Source: Octopus sinensis
Taxonomy: Eukaryota
Length of the DNA: 64,000 nucleotides
Assembly (NCBI RefSeq): GCF_006345805.1
Contig: NC_043002.1
Span: 116,002,001-116,066,000, forward strand
Reading direction: 5' to 3'
The notes under the pieces were generated by a model. It searched no databases, had not been told where the DNA came from, and saw only the letters and a program-made list of their open reading frames with translations. Every line of letters starts with the position of its first letter. The stretch's first letter is position 1. The position numbers and the translations under genes are program-made. Shown here one piece after another: positions 26,061 to 38,530 of this stretch.

Positions 26061-26810
26061 AATGAGATGGAAAAAGGAGACAAATATGTGATACATGGAA
26101 CATTCACAGTGGATTTTTCTCATCAGATGGTTTCTGAGATGTCTTCATTGTTTTGTGCACTTTAAAACCAAGAGCACTGTTACCCTGGAGGTGCTGGAGC
26201 ATTGAGCTTCAGGAAAAAGCTGACAAATGTATACAAGTACAGAACAAAATAACATACTACAAGAGATAATGACAAAAATATAACAGGCAAGGAATGGTAC
26301 AATTTCAAAGAAAATACCTTTTGGCTATACAATGGCAAAAAGAATAATTATACCTATGTAATACTATCAGAAAGAGACTTTCAGCTAAACTGAGCAGTAA
26401 GGTAGCGCAAAGAAGAACTGGAAAAAGCACCTTAATAGACAATAGACATACATGCGTAGTTTGGTCAGCGGTAGACTGAAAAAGAACGATGTGCCTTGAC
26501 TGGGCACTGGCCATGTGGTAGGAGAGAGGAAGAATGGAAGAGGGTGGAATGAGAGAGGAAGGGGAGGGACATGGAGAGAGAAAGAAAAGGCAAAGAGACA
26601 GAAGAATAAGAGAGAGGAAGAAAAATAAGAGAGGAAAGGAGAGAAGAAAAGAGAGAGGCAGTAGAATAAGAGAGAGAAGGAAAGGAGGTAAATAAGGTAG
26701 AAAGTAAAGTACAAGGGAGGCAAGTAAGGAAAGAAAGGCAAAAAAAGAAGAGGAGGAGGAAAGAGTTAAGAGTCGCACAATAATAGCTTAAATTCATATA
26801 TATATATATA

Positions 26811-26823
26811 CACGAGGTCACAT

Positions 26824-26855
<32 letters not shown>

Positions 26856-27056
26856 CATAATGTGACCTCGTGTGTACCGTTGGCGCTTTTTTTTCCTCTG
26901 TCTTCCCTTCTCTGGATCTTTCCTTCTCCTATGTTTCCGACAAAGAGCTCCGCTCGAAACGTTAAACCCACCTTCTTTCCTGAGCATCCAATAATACTGT
27001 ATTTGTTCCACGTCCTCGCGTTGTGTTTTTTTTGTGCTTTCTTGTTTGGATTAACT
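26811..27056 (+). mobile_element. Small Penelope-terminal-repeat-like element with decayed hammerhead
   Basis: 18-bp IR 26811-26828/26855-26872 around (TA)n, then GTTT CCGACAA A GAGC tcc GCTC GAAAC GTT AAAC (26933-26967) with two core substitutions. Confidence 0.55.
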
Positions 27057-27064
27057 TTATATAC

Positions 27065-27138
<74 letters not shown>

Positions 27139-27205
27139 TCATCATCATCATCATCATCATCGTTTAACGTCCGTTTTCCGCGCTAGCACGGGTTGGACGG
27201 TTTCG

Positions 27206-27282
<77 letters not shown>

Positions 27283-27331
27283 TATACATACATACATATA
27301 TACATATATGTTTATATATATATATATATAT

Positions 27332-27362
<31 letters not shown>

Positions 27363-27544
27363 GGTAAAGAATTAATGAGTGCATGCATTACATAAATAAT
27401 ATGTTCAGGATTAAATAAAAAGACAATGCAAGCGTTTTATTGCTGTATATGTATTATTATCATTTTAATTGTTGTCTTTGTGTGGCCCTAAGTGTTTATT
27501 CTGTTTACTGTTTTGTCATGTTTTGGTCCCATTCTTGGCAAGTT

Positions 27545-27621
<77 letters not shown>

Positions 27622-27624
27622 GTA

Positions 27625-27667
<43 letters not shown>

Positions 27668-27737
27668 AATATTAGGGAATAAATCCAAACTTACAGGGAA
27701 AAATCAGATTTAGGATTGAATCCAATTTTATAGTAAA

Positions 27738-28165
27738 ATATTATATTATATTAAATTAGAGACAAAACCACTATTAGGTAAATCATACAATGAAAAACTT
27801 AAGCCAATACATAAGATTATTTAATTTATATTATTTAAATATATAACAAAATTATTAAAAAAATATAATTAATATATCACTACGATGGCTGTTAATTTCT
27901 TTAAATTTTCGAGTTAGTCATTCATCAGGTGGTTTAAATATTTAAACCTCGCCAAGATAAATATTTAAACCACCTGATGAATGACTGTAACTCGAAAATT
28001 TAAAGAAATTAACAGCCATGAAACGATCGTAGTGATATATTAATTATATTTTTTTAATAATTTTGTTATATATTTAAATAATATAAATTAAATAATCTTA
28101 TGTATTGGCTTAAGTTTTTCATTGTATGATTTACCTAATAGTGGTTTTGTCTCTAATTTAATATA

Positions 28166-28174
<9 letters not shown>
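27738..28174. repeat. Fold-back inverted repeat (~205-215 bp arms, 15-bp spacer) between (TA)n runs
   Basis: 27738-27943 vs 27959-28174 are reverse complements except for 8-bp and 2-bp deletions in the left arm. Confidence 0.92.
27971..28034 (+). ncRNA. Type I hammerhead motif (GUA triplet)
   Basis: CAC CTGATGA [ATG.CTGT...AATTT aaag AAATT..ACAG.CAT] GAAAC GATC GTA GTG; stem III palindrome ACGATCGT. Confidence 0.75.
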
Positions 28175-28249
<75 letters not shown>

Positions 28250-28282
28250 TATACACATATACATACATATATAAAAAAATAA

Positions 28283-28527
28283 ATGCGCCCTTTTTAAAGC
28301 CTAGCCAGGCTCATGGGCCTGGTTTCCCAGTTTCTAAGGTGTATGTGTTCCCCAGCTGGACGGGACACCAGTCCATCACAGCGTTAGTCATTTTTTCCAG
28401 CTGAGTGGACTGGAGCAACGTGAAATGAAGTGTTTTGCTCAAGAACACAACGCATCGCCGGTCCAGGAATCGAAACCACAATCTTATGATCATGATGCTG
28501 ACACCCTAACCACTAAGCCACACACCT
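28283..28527 (-). mobile_element. tRNA-derived SINE (family C), full length
   Basis: Reverse complement has TGGCTTAGTGG A-box, GGTTTCGATTCC B-box and a GATGGACTGGTGTCCCGTCCAG body. Confidence 0.8.
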
Positions 28528-28648
28528 CCACACACACACATACATATATACATACATACACAGGTATGTTATATTTTCTGTTGACTTTTTATTTAATCCT
28601 GAATATATATATATATGTCACTCAGTGCCTATGAAAAATTTCAAAAAG

Positions 28649-28981
28649 AATATTCTTCATCTTCATAGGCTATTCGAACTAATACATGGAGCATTATCAG
28701 AATGACTACAAAAGCGTCCAAAAAAGTAAACAAAGGGAAGAGGGAATAGGAAAGAAAACAATGGCCTAGAGAAGAAACCAGGAAGCCTAATATACTGACT
28801 TCAAAGCCCTATGATGGAAGATGGTATGATATTAATATATTAGGCTTCCTGGTTTCTTCTCTAGGCCATTGTTTTCTTTCCTATTCCCTCTTCCCTTTGT
28901 TTACTTTTTTGGACGCTTTTGTAGTCATTCTGATAATGCTCCATGTATTAGTTTGAATAGCCTATGAAGATGAAGAATATT
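28649..28981. repeat. Inverted repeat (146-bp arms, 41-bp spacer)
   Basis: 28649-28794 vs 28836-28981 with one mismatch seen; a diverged extension of ~33 bp lies outside. Confidence 0.92.
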
Positions 28982-29335
28982 ATTTTCGCAATTCTTTCGT
29001 AGTCACTGACTGACATTGGAAATGGAAGTGGCCATAAAAACTGTTCTGCCACATAACTGCTATGTCATGTTTTATATTAAAAAATAATCTACAGATGTGG
29101 TCCAATTGATTTGTTTGTTGATCTGAAGTTTTCTCCATTTTCGATTATTTAAATTTGATTCCTGATAAACTTTTGTTTATTCTCTTGTTACTTGTACCCA
29201 ACGAGCATAGTGTGCCCTCATACACATGCCCAGAGATAACAAAGGTAACTAATACTGATAGTAAATATGGATATTTTATCCATTAGTCAGTTCCTATAAC
29301 TGCTAACTCTGCTTACCTTGGATGAGGAGAAATGT

Positions 29336-30021
29336 GTGAAGAAGTGCCACACCCAAACAGTTGAAGGAATCCGGGGTAGAGGTAAACCCAAGAAGACATG
29401 GGATGAGGTGGTCAAGTATGACCTTTGAACGTTGAGTCTCACAGAGGCAATGATGAAAGACCGAGACCTCTGGAGATATGCTGTGACTGCAAAGACCCGA
29501 CAAATAACGTGAGTTCATGGCTGTTTCCTGCACCAGCTTCACATAGAAACCCCAGCCCATCTAAAGAGCCTTGGATTGAAGGACGGCCTGCTGTACTTAC
29601 CTTGGATTGTAGGGTGACCTGTTGTACTTAAGGAGACCTATTGAGTCAAGTACATCATCATCAAAAAATGAAATGGAAATTGTAGTTGTGATACCTGTGC
29701 CAGTGGCACGTAAAAAGCACCACCCGTATGCGGCCAATGCCAGCACCACTTTGACTGGCTTCCGTGCTGGTAGCACGTAAAAAGCACCAACCAATCGTGG
29801 CCGTTGCCAGCCTCGTCTAGCATCTGTGCCGGTGGCACGTAAAAAGCACCCACTACACTTACGGAGTGGTTGGCGTTAGGAAGGGCATCCAGCTGTAGAA
29901 ACACTGCCAGATTAGACTGGAGCCTGGTGCAGCCTCCTGGCCTCCCAGACCCTGGTTGAACCGTCCAACCCATGCTAGCATGGAAAAATGGACGTTAAAC
30001 GATGATGATGATGATGATGAT
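29336..30021 (+). mobile_element. RTE-clade LINE 3' end (ORF terminus, 3' UTR, (GAT)n tail)
   Basis: Frame CVKKC..VEGIRGRGKPKKTWDEVVKYDL*TLSLTEAMMKDRDLWR is the RTE C-terminal signature. Confidence 0.8.
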
Positions 30022-30086
30022 GAAATATATGTATATATACATATATATGAATTTAAGCTATGTATTATATGTAATTCTTGTTTATT

Positions 30087-30310
30087 TATGAGGGTTCACT
30101 GAAAAGTTCACAGGTTGACCAAGACTTTTATGGAATGTAACCAAATGAGGTTTATTTTTCAACATAGTCATCCTTGTGGTCCACACACTTCTTCCATTGG
30201 CATGCAGTGCTTGAATCCCATTGGTGAAGAAGCTTCCATCCTGTTGATCAACAAAGTCAACAACAGCAGATATGATGTCATCATCACCACGATACTGGTT
30301 CCCAGCCAAG
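30087..30310 (-). mobile_element. Mariner 3' end fragment (irritans-like)
   Basis: AGNQYRGDDDIISAVVDFVDQQDGSFFTNGIQAL C-terminus; terminus TATGAGGGTTCACTGAAAAGTTC. Confidence 0.65.
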
Positions 30311-30649
30311 TGTTTTTACAGTCAGCCTATGAACTTTTCAACCCACCTTCATAATTGTTATGGATTTAAGTTATGAAGTAAAATATTTTTCATGCCATTT
30401 TGTTTGTTTAAAGCCTTATTATGTATGCTTACTTGGCTCCTATGGAAATTAATTCTGAGACAAAATTTTATAACTAGACGTTGTTCCCATTATCAACTCT
30501 CAACTGTTTTTTTCTGGCAAGAAATTTTTATATTCCACAAATTTTTGAAAGCACAGAGTGACCAGTCATAATATATGTCTATGGTATATCAACATCAGAA
30601 CTACTTCACTCAAACATTGACAAACAAAATATCAACATTCATGATGAAG

Positions 30650-31050
30650 TCTGTCCCCAGTCCCACTGTGTGGTACCTCAGCTAAGCATCTTCTACTATA
30701 GCCCTGGACAACAATCCATTGTAAATGGAAACTGAAGAAAGCCTGTCATATATATATATGTATGTGTACACACACACACATGCAGAAGATGGATGTTAAA
30801 TGATGATGATGATGATATATATGTATTTATGCGAGTGTGTTTGTGTGTACGTATGTGTTTGTGTGTACGTATGTGTCTTTGTCTTTGTATCTGTCTCCAC
30901 CACTGTCTGACAACCAGTGTTAATTTGTTTAAATCCCTGTAACCTAGCAATTCAGCAAAGAGACTGATAGAATAAGTACCATACTTAAACAAACAAAAAA
31001 AATATTGGGGTTGATTTGTTCAACTAAACTTCAAGGCAATGTCAATTATA
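30650..31050 (+). mobile_element. SINE family B, decayed
   Basis: Same modules as 25597-26060. Confidence 0.6.
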
Positions 31051-33019
31051 TAAGCCTTCAATTCTTGAGAGGTAAGAAACAGCCACCATATAACAGAAAA
31101 CAAAAGAAAAATCTAGCCCAGTTACATGATGTATAAAAAGCAATATCCTGACCAAATAGATGTAATTAAATTAATTAAATAAAATATAAAAATTAACCCT
31201 AGACACCAAAAATTATGACTAACACATCAACAAAATAAATTGATAAAAATTATACTATCAATTCAAGTTCTCACAATTGATAATATAAATTAAAATGAAA
31301 TAAAAAGATTTACTTACTGATAAACGAAAAATAAGTATGTACACACCTATAATGGTTTCTTTGTTTCAAACATGCTAACATGCACATGCACACATAAATA
31401 AATGCATGTTGCTATTTTAGTTTGTTGATGAATACTCAGTCTATTAGAATGTAAAAACAGATGCGTCAATTTTTGCCCTGAAGAAATATTTATCCTTCGT
31501 TATTTCATAATGCAATTTTAATTGTAATTTGAATGAAGATTGATATAGAAATGATTGTAGGCTTATATAATTGACAAAATGTAAATAAATTAATTATGAT
31601 CAGTTCAAATTCTCCATTTTCTTTATGATATATTACTATGACTATAGCCACATATGTTAGTGAGAAGTAAACATCTATACAAAATACTGGAACTCCAAAA
31701 TGTGTATAATACTGGTGTGTAATAAATAATAGAAACTAATTCTACCATGGAAAAGCAGGATTCCAGAAATTTCATCATTATATATGATAAAACTGGAGGA
31801 TGCTTGGATGTTGATATTCCTTTTAAGAGGAATCTATCTCCTCACAAAACCTCACTTATGTCTTTAGCTTTCTGTTGCAAATAAGAGCACCCCTTCCCCA
31901 TCTATGAATTTTGCTTATAGTCTGTATGGATACAGTGATTTTGCATGGGAGCTAGATTGCGTATACATATGTGTACATGCATTTGTGTGTATATTTTCGT
32001 TTTGTATTTATATGTCTGTATATGTATGTGGTCTGCGCACATCTATCTGTGTATGTTGATGTATATATATGTATATTAATAGTTTAGTATGAGTATGTAC
32101 TGTTGTGAAATATTTTAATGCATTTTAATATTTTAATTTCAATTTCTATGTATTAATTATATTTCCTTTATTATTAATGACAATATGTATTTTAACCAAA
32201 GATTCGATGTAAGGTTTTTTCCTCGACTTTTATAATTTTATATTTTTTAATATTTTATATTGAGCTCATTTTTGTTTATTGCTCGAATATGACCGTTATT
32301 TGAAAGGACCAAGAGACAAGTACGCAAACACACAAGCCCAAGTGGATACATGCATACACATACATTCATGTATATATGTGCTTAAGTACAAACATACGCT
32401 CACACATATACAAAGATGTATGCTTACAAATACATATTCATGCCAATGCACATATTCACATAAAAATGCCTAGGATCTGACAACATTGTTTTTTTAAGAT
32501 TGCTGAGTGCATAATAATAAAAATTTAGACGAAAGACATGCAAAATATAACATCCTATATTGGATTATCTATAAATTAAATACTAAAGTGAGCCTATACA
32601 ATATAATAAAATGAAATAAACCAAGTCGAAGGTTTTTCCTAAGGAATATGTCAATATATAAACAAAATATAAACAAGATATATGCACAAGACTTTGCTAT
32701 GCGGAATGAAATCTGCATAGCGCGAAACAAATCCATTGGTTTGATTAAAGACTAGTCCAAGAATCAAAAAATCAAAAAGACAAAAAATATATGCTATCCA
32801 TATGGGATATTTATGTTCGACATTTTGAATTTGGTTGCGTGCCTGCATGAGTTCAAAAGTTTGCTTCTTTGATTCAAAGAATTATTGTCTTTGAATAAAA
32901 TGTAATATTTCTCTAACAAACAGAGATTGCACTTAAAATTTATCTTGTGTGCCCCGTGCCTATATTTGTTTGTCTTTTACGATTGCTGAAGCGTACTAAG
33001 GTGTTATAATGGAGGCAGT

Positions 33020-33572
33020 TGAATGCAGATCATCAGGCAAGATGATACTCACAGTCTTTTGGGACCTCCACAGAGTAGTGATGATGGATTTTCTGGCAAA
33101 GGGCACCACAATTAATGGGGCATATGCTTCACTGCAGCATAAATTGTGGGATGCCATCAAAATAAAGAGGCTTGGAATGCTGACCAAAGGAGTCTGCCTC
33201 CTCCAAGACAATGCTCTAGTTCACAATGTACATGTTGCCCAGATGAAAGCACACCCCCTTACTCTCTTTTCTCATCCCTCATACTCTCCTGACCTCACAC
33301 CATCTGACTTCCACCTCTTTCCAACCATGAAGTCTTTTTTGACGAGGGATGCATTTTTAGGATGATGATGAACTTATTTCCTAGGTAATCTTGGCTGCAG
33401 ACACAACCTACTGACTACTACAGACGAGATTTTCACAGCTGCATAAAGTGATGGGAGAAGGCATCACCATTGCTGGTGGCTATGTAGAGAAGGACTAATA
33501 ATTATGCCTAGTTTCGTTTATCTCAGTCCTTAGGAAGTGGGTCAAAGAAAATCTTTAATGAACACTCCTCAT
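33020..33572 (+). mobile_element. Mariner fragment (irritans/Himar-like)
   Basis: SGKMILTVFWD, KGTTING, LLQDNA, HPSYSPDLTPSDFHLFP; TIR-like end ...GAACACTCCTCATGTA. Confidence 0.85.
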
Positions 33573-33624
33573 GTATATATGTGTGCGAGTGTATGTGTTT
33601 GTGTATACATATATGTATATATGT

Positions 33625-33657
<33 letters not shown>

Positions 33658-33685
33658 CATATATATGTGTACATATATATATATA

Positions 33686-33943
33686 GTGTCTTGAGCAAGA
33701 CACTTTATTTCACGTTGCTCCAGTTCACTCAGCTGTAGAAATGAGTTGCGACGTCACTGGTGCCAAGCTGTATCGACCTTAGCCTTTCCCTTGGATAACA
33801 TTGGTGGCGTGGAGAGGGGAGGCTGGTATGCATGGGCGACTGCTGGTCTTCCATAAACAACCTTGCCCGGACTTGTGTCTAGGAGGGTAACTTTCTAGGT
33901 GCAATCCCATGGTCAATCATGACCGAAGGGGGTCTTTACCCTT
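33686..33943 (+). mobile_element. 5'-truncated SINE
   Basis: Starts in the shared GTGTCTTGAGCAAGACACTTTATTTCACGTTGCTCCAG module, followed by a distinct body. Confidence 0.55.
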
Positions 33944-34094
33944 TATATATATATATACATATATATATATGCATATATATATGCACATACATATACATAT
34001 ATACATATGCATATATATACATACACACACATATATACACACACATACACACATGCACATACACACACAGATACATATGTACATACATACATAT

Positions 34095-34125
<31 letters not shown>

Positions 34126-34971
34126 CACACACACACACACACACATATATAATATCTACAGAAATCAACATATATACATATAAATTGGTAGAAGTCAAAG
34201 ACTGAAAATTTTAAGACAATCCATATCCATGTCTAAATATTATATTTATATATTAACAGATATTTATATAGTAATGGAGCATACTTACACAGAGTACAAA
34301 CAAAAATCAACGGTTGATTTTTGTAGTTATTATCAGTGTCTTTTGGTGATTTAAATAAGAGTTTTGACTGTTATTTCCAGCAGGTAGACATACTTAGTAT
34401 ATCCTTTGATTAATTTTAATACTTCAGCTATTTAATGCTACTTTTTGACCTGCAATCGCCTATATTATTGATTCTGTTACTATCATTTTTAAAATGTTAC
34501 ACTAGATAATAACAGAGTCAATGATATCTTCTCAAATTATTTTGTCATGAATTATTTGCTCCGTATTGAAATTATATATATATATGAAATCTTTGCCTAG
34601 GACTAAGTCTACAAGGTATAGAGTGGTTATAAGAGGAATCCAGGTGAGCAAATATGCAGATAATGCTGCAAATAAACAAATAAAACCTCTTGGGATAGAT
34701 TTACAACATATACATGTGTACATGTATATATATACATATAAACAAATGGAAATAATTAAAAACACAAAAGCTGCTCGCTACATAACTGCACAAACTGGTT
34801 ACTAGTTTCCAATAGTTTTTTGTCTTTTTGTGCAAAAATTATAGCTGTTTAAACCCAGGTCAGTTCTGATCAGACAGACCTTTGATTAAAATGCATTCTT
34901 GCCATTACCACCTTAAATGTTTTGTGGGTATGTAGGTTACATTATCTAATTGCTTTATTACTATTATTTAA

Positions 34972-35541
34972 CCTTTTAGCATTTAAACTGGCTGTATTTG
35001 GCCCAAATATTCAACACATGTTCAAACCAGCCATATCTGGCTTCTCATACCTACTCTACAATGTCATTCTATAATTAAACAACTACTTGTTGAAATCTTG
35101 AAGTTATGAAATAATGCACAATTCCTTTAGAATGCTAAAGAGTTAACCCATTAGCATTTAAGCCAGCGATATCTGGCCCAAATATTCTGTTTTATGTTCC
35201 TCAGAGTGGCTTGATCCAGCCTCTTGCACCTATCCCACAATGTAATTCTAAAAATAAACAATCACAGCATCGAAATCTTGACGCTACGAGATAATACATG
35301 ATTAACTCTTTCATTACCAAACTGGCTCTGGCTCTGAGTACAAATGTCTTGTTTTCATAAGTTTTGAATTAAAATCTTCCACCAAACCTTAGTCACAATT
35401 TATGTTCCAACACTAGCTGAATGATAACCAAGTAATTGAAAGAAACACATCTCAAAATAAATACAGTAATGAAAGGGTTAATTCAAAACAATGTGAATAA
35501 ATAAGCATTATGTTTGACAGAATAATCTGAATGCTAAAGGG
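34972..35541. mobile_element. Cluster of three piggyBac-type MITEs
   Basis: TTAA at 34968, 35143, 35302, 35478 and 35542. TIRs CC(T/C)(T/A)TTAGCATT / AATGCTAAAG(A/G)G. Nested element 35306-35477 with TIR CTCTTTCATTAC / GTAATGAAAGGG. Confidence 0.8.
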
Positions 35542-36049
35542 TTAAGGCAATAAGGTGTGATAAAAGGAGATTTGACTGCTGCTTCTTGCAGGTCGTGCAG
35601 CCACATGGAGGCTCTCCTTTTTGATTCATGCCATCTGTGCTGAAGCAGAACCTACCTTATGCTACTTCCTACTGTTTAATCTCATGAAAAAGGTTTGTAT
35701 TTGGAGATTTGTTTGTAATGTGGTGGTGGCGGTGGCAGCAGTGGATTCTAGGACATTATTAATCTTTATTTGAGATTTAAGTTGACATCACTTCATATAC
35801 CAAGATGTAATGCTAGTGAGGTCAAGCCACACAATTTCTAAATGTTTTTAAAACTCTCACCAGCAATGACTACCCAAAATAAACTCATCGGTTGGAGGGC
35901 TGTCGCTTGAGTGGTGCAAAAGTGTTATTCTCTAGAAGTAAGGAATCCACCAAATGGTGGATGGAGCAACACACTGTCACAGCACATACCCCAATATTTC
36001 TACTACTACTACTACTACTACTACTACTATATTCATTGACATAAATGTG

Positions 36050-36360
36050 TGGTTAAGATGCTTGTTTCTCAACTAGGTGGTTTCGGTTCAGGCTCACCGC
36101 ATGGTACCTTGGGTAGATATCTTCTACTGTGGCCCCGGGCTGACCAAGGCCTTGTGAGTGCTGTGATTGACATAAATTGAAATAAGCCTGTCGTATTTGT
36201 CCACCACCACCACTTTGAAATAAATGTTGGTTTGTTTACACCTCTGTAAATTTTCAGTTTGATAAAGGTGAACAATAGAATAATCACTGGTGTCAATTCG
36301 TTTGACCAAAATTCTTCAAGGCTGTGCCCCAGCATGGCTGCAGTCTAATGACTGACACAA
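36050..36360 (+). mobile_element. SINE family B, decayed
   Basis: Head remnant, CCTTGTGAGTG module and CCCCAGCATGGCTGCAGTCTAATGACTG tail. Confidence 0.6.
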
Positions 36361-36719
36361 ATTAAAAAAAAAAAAAATGAAGATATGTACCATATACACA
36401 TTTTATATACAACCCAGCTTTCAGTAGCGCATGTTCAGGGCAAAATCTTTTTAATGCATTAAAGCTTATGAAAGGCCTCTGTTTCACATATAGGACTCAG
36501 AGGGGCTTCTTTGAGGCTTTTTTTGAAGAAAGTGTGTCTTACATTCTGTCAAATACAGTATGCATTTTAAAATTCTAATCAGCAAGATTTACAAGAGTGA
36601 CTAACAAACTTCTGTCACATAAAAATAAAATATATATAGTCATATATTAAGTTTTATTTATCCCATTGGTGCTACTAGACTTCGTCTGTGTGTCTGTATG
36701 TGTGTGCGCGTGTGTATAT

Positions 36720-37095
36720 ATTGTTTCAGTCATTAGATTGTGACCATGCTGGAGCACTGTCTTCAATTTTTTGTTGAATGAATTGACCCCAGGACTTTTA
36801 TTTTTTTATTTCTAAGCCTAGTACTTATTCTGTTGATCTCATTTGCTGAACTGCTAAGTTAGAGATGTAAACACACCAACACCAGTTGTTAAGCAATGGT
36901 GGGGAGGGCAAACACAGACACACAGATATATACATATCTACACTAGCTTCTTTCAGTTTCTGCCTACCAAAACCACTCAAGGACTTGGTTGACCCAAGGC
37001 TATAGTAGAAGACACTTTCCCAAGGTGTCACGCAGTGGGTCTGAGCTAGGAACCATATGGTTGGGAAGCAAGCTTCTTAACTACACAGCCACAGC
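36720..37095 (-). mobile_element. SINE family B
   Basis: Reverse complement of the family B consensus. Confidence 0.7.
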
Positions 37096-37119
37096 TGCAC
37101 TATATATATATATATATAT

Positions 37120-37400
37120 ACCAGCATCGCCTTACTGGCACCTGTGCCATTGGCATGTGTAAAAAATTCGAGCGAGGTCGTTGCCAGTACTGCCTGACTG
37201 GACCCCATGCCGGTGGCACGTAAAAGCACCCACTACACTCTTGGAGTGATTGGTATTAGGAAGAGCATCTAGCAGTAGAAACTCTGTCAGATCAAGACTG
37301 GAGCCTGGTGCAGTCATCTGGTTAACCAGCCCTCAGTCAAACCGTCCAACCCATGCTAGCATGGAAAGTGGATGTTAAACGATGACGATGATGATGGTGA
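37120..37400 (+). mobile_element. RTE-type 3' UTR fragment
   Basis: CCCACTACACTC...CCATGCTAGCATGGAAAG...GATGATG terminus. Confidence 0.7.
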
Positions 37401-37705
37401 TATATATATGCATGTAAATAGAGAGCTGGAGGATGGATCTACCTAATGCTTATATACTTTTACTACTGGTTGCATATCCTTGACTTTTTGTGAACTACAT
37501 CTGCCAATATTATGAAGTAATTCTGAGCTCCTAGAAACAGCTGTCAGGCCTGTAACACCATACCTTCTCCCCTTAATTTTGTGTGTGTTTGTACTCTGTG
37601 TAAGTTTGCTCTCTTAATATATAAATATTTAGACATTTAGACATGAATATTCATTGTCTGAATATTTCCAGTCTTTGTTTTCTATCTCTTTACATGTATA
37701 TATGT

Positions 37706-38104
37706 TTTCCTGGGGCTAAAATGTAGTAACATTGTCCTGTGTAGGACTGTCACATTATCTTGGCAAATAAACTTTACTCTTCATATTTCTCACTCAGAGA
37801 TTTAAAATTAGTTGTTTTTCTCTTTATGAGATCAACGACTATGTCGCTTTAAAAGTATATACCGCGAACAAGGTTGAGTGGCTGCCATCTCTAGCCAGTG
37901 ATTGTCCTGTACCGAAGAAAGGAAATAACCAAGAAACCATTGGTCTACAGGTATGGCTAAGGCTAGAAAGGGAGCAATAAACTCCCTGGCTCATAGTATA
38001 TGGACATAGACCATGTGTCGGTAGCCAGCTGGAAAAGATGCTTTCTTGGGGCTAAAAAGTAGTAACATCGTCCTGCATAGGGCTGCCATATTGTGTTGGC
38101 AGAT

Positions 38105-38111
<7 letters not shown>
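37706..38111 (+). mobile_element. Retrozyme-like partial tandem (336-bp unit plus 70-bp direct repeat)
   Basis: 37706-37775 vs 38042-38111 show 12 mismatches in 70. An internal hammerhead-like fold lies at 37892-37959, and (TA)n follows. Confidence 0.55.
37892..37959 (+). ncRNA. Hammerhead-like motif with extended stem I (GUC triplet, U4C core change)
   Basis: TAGCCA..CCTGTA CCGAAGA aaGG aaataa CCaa GAAAC CATTG GTC TACAGG..TGGCTA. Confidence 0.55.
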
Positions 38112-38164
<53 letters not shown>

Positions 38165-38169
<5 letters not shown>

Positions 38170-38530
38170 TCATCATCATATTATCGTTTAACATCCATTT
38201 TCCATGCTAGCATGGGTTGGATGGTTTGATCGGGGTCTGGGAAGGCTCCAGTCTGATCTGGCAGTGTTTTGACAGCTGAATACCCTTCCTAACGCCATAT
38301 TTCTCACTTTTTACATGCCACCAGCACAGGTGCCACGATCGGATGGTGCTTTTTACATGCCACTAGCATGGAAGCTAGTCAAGGCGGCACTGGCATTGGC
38401 CACGTTTCGATGGTGCTTTTTACGTGCCACCAGCACGGGTATCATAACTACAAGTCATGTACTTGACTCAATTGGTCTCCTCAAACACAGCAGGTCACCC
38501 TACGATCCAAGGTAAGCAAAGCAAGCCGTC
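38165..38530 (-). mobile_element. RTE-type 3' UTR fragment (a second at ~38625-38960)
   Basis: (CAT)n + CGTTTAACATCC..CCATGCTAGCATGG; homologous to 29600-30021. Confidence 0.7.

Noticed and set aside
34290-34340. 11-bp hairpin next to CTGATAA on the minus strand
   Set aside because: No GAAA half is present; at most a badly decayed ribozyme.
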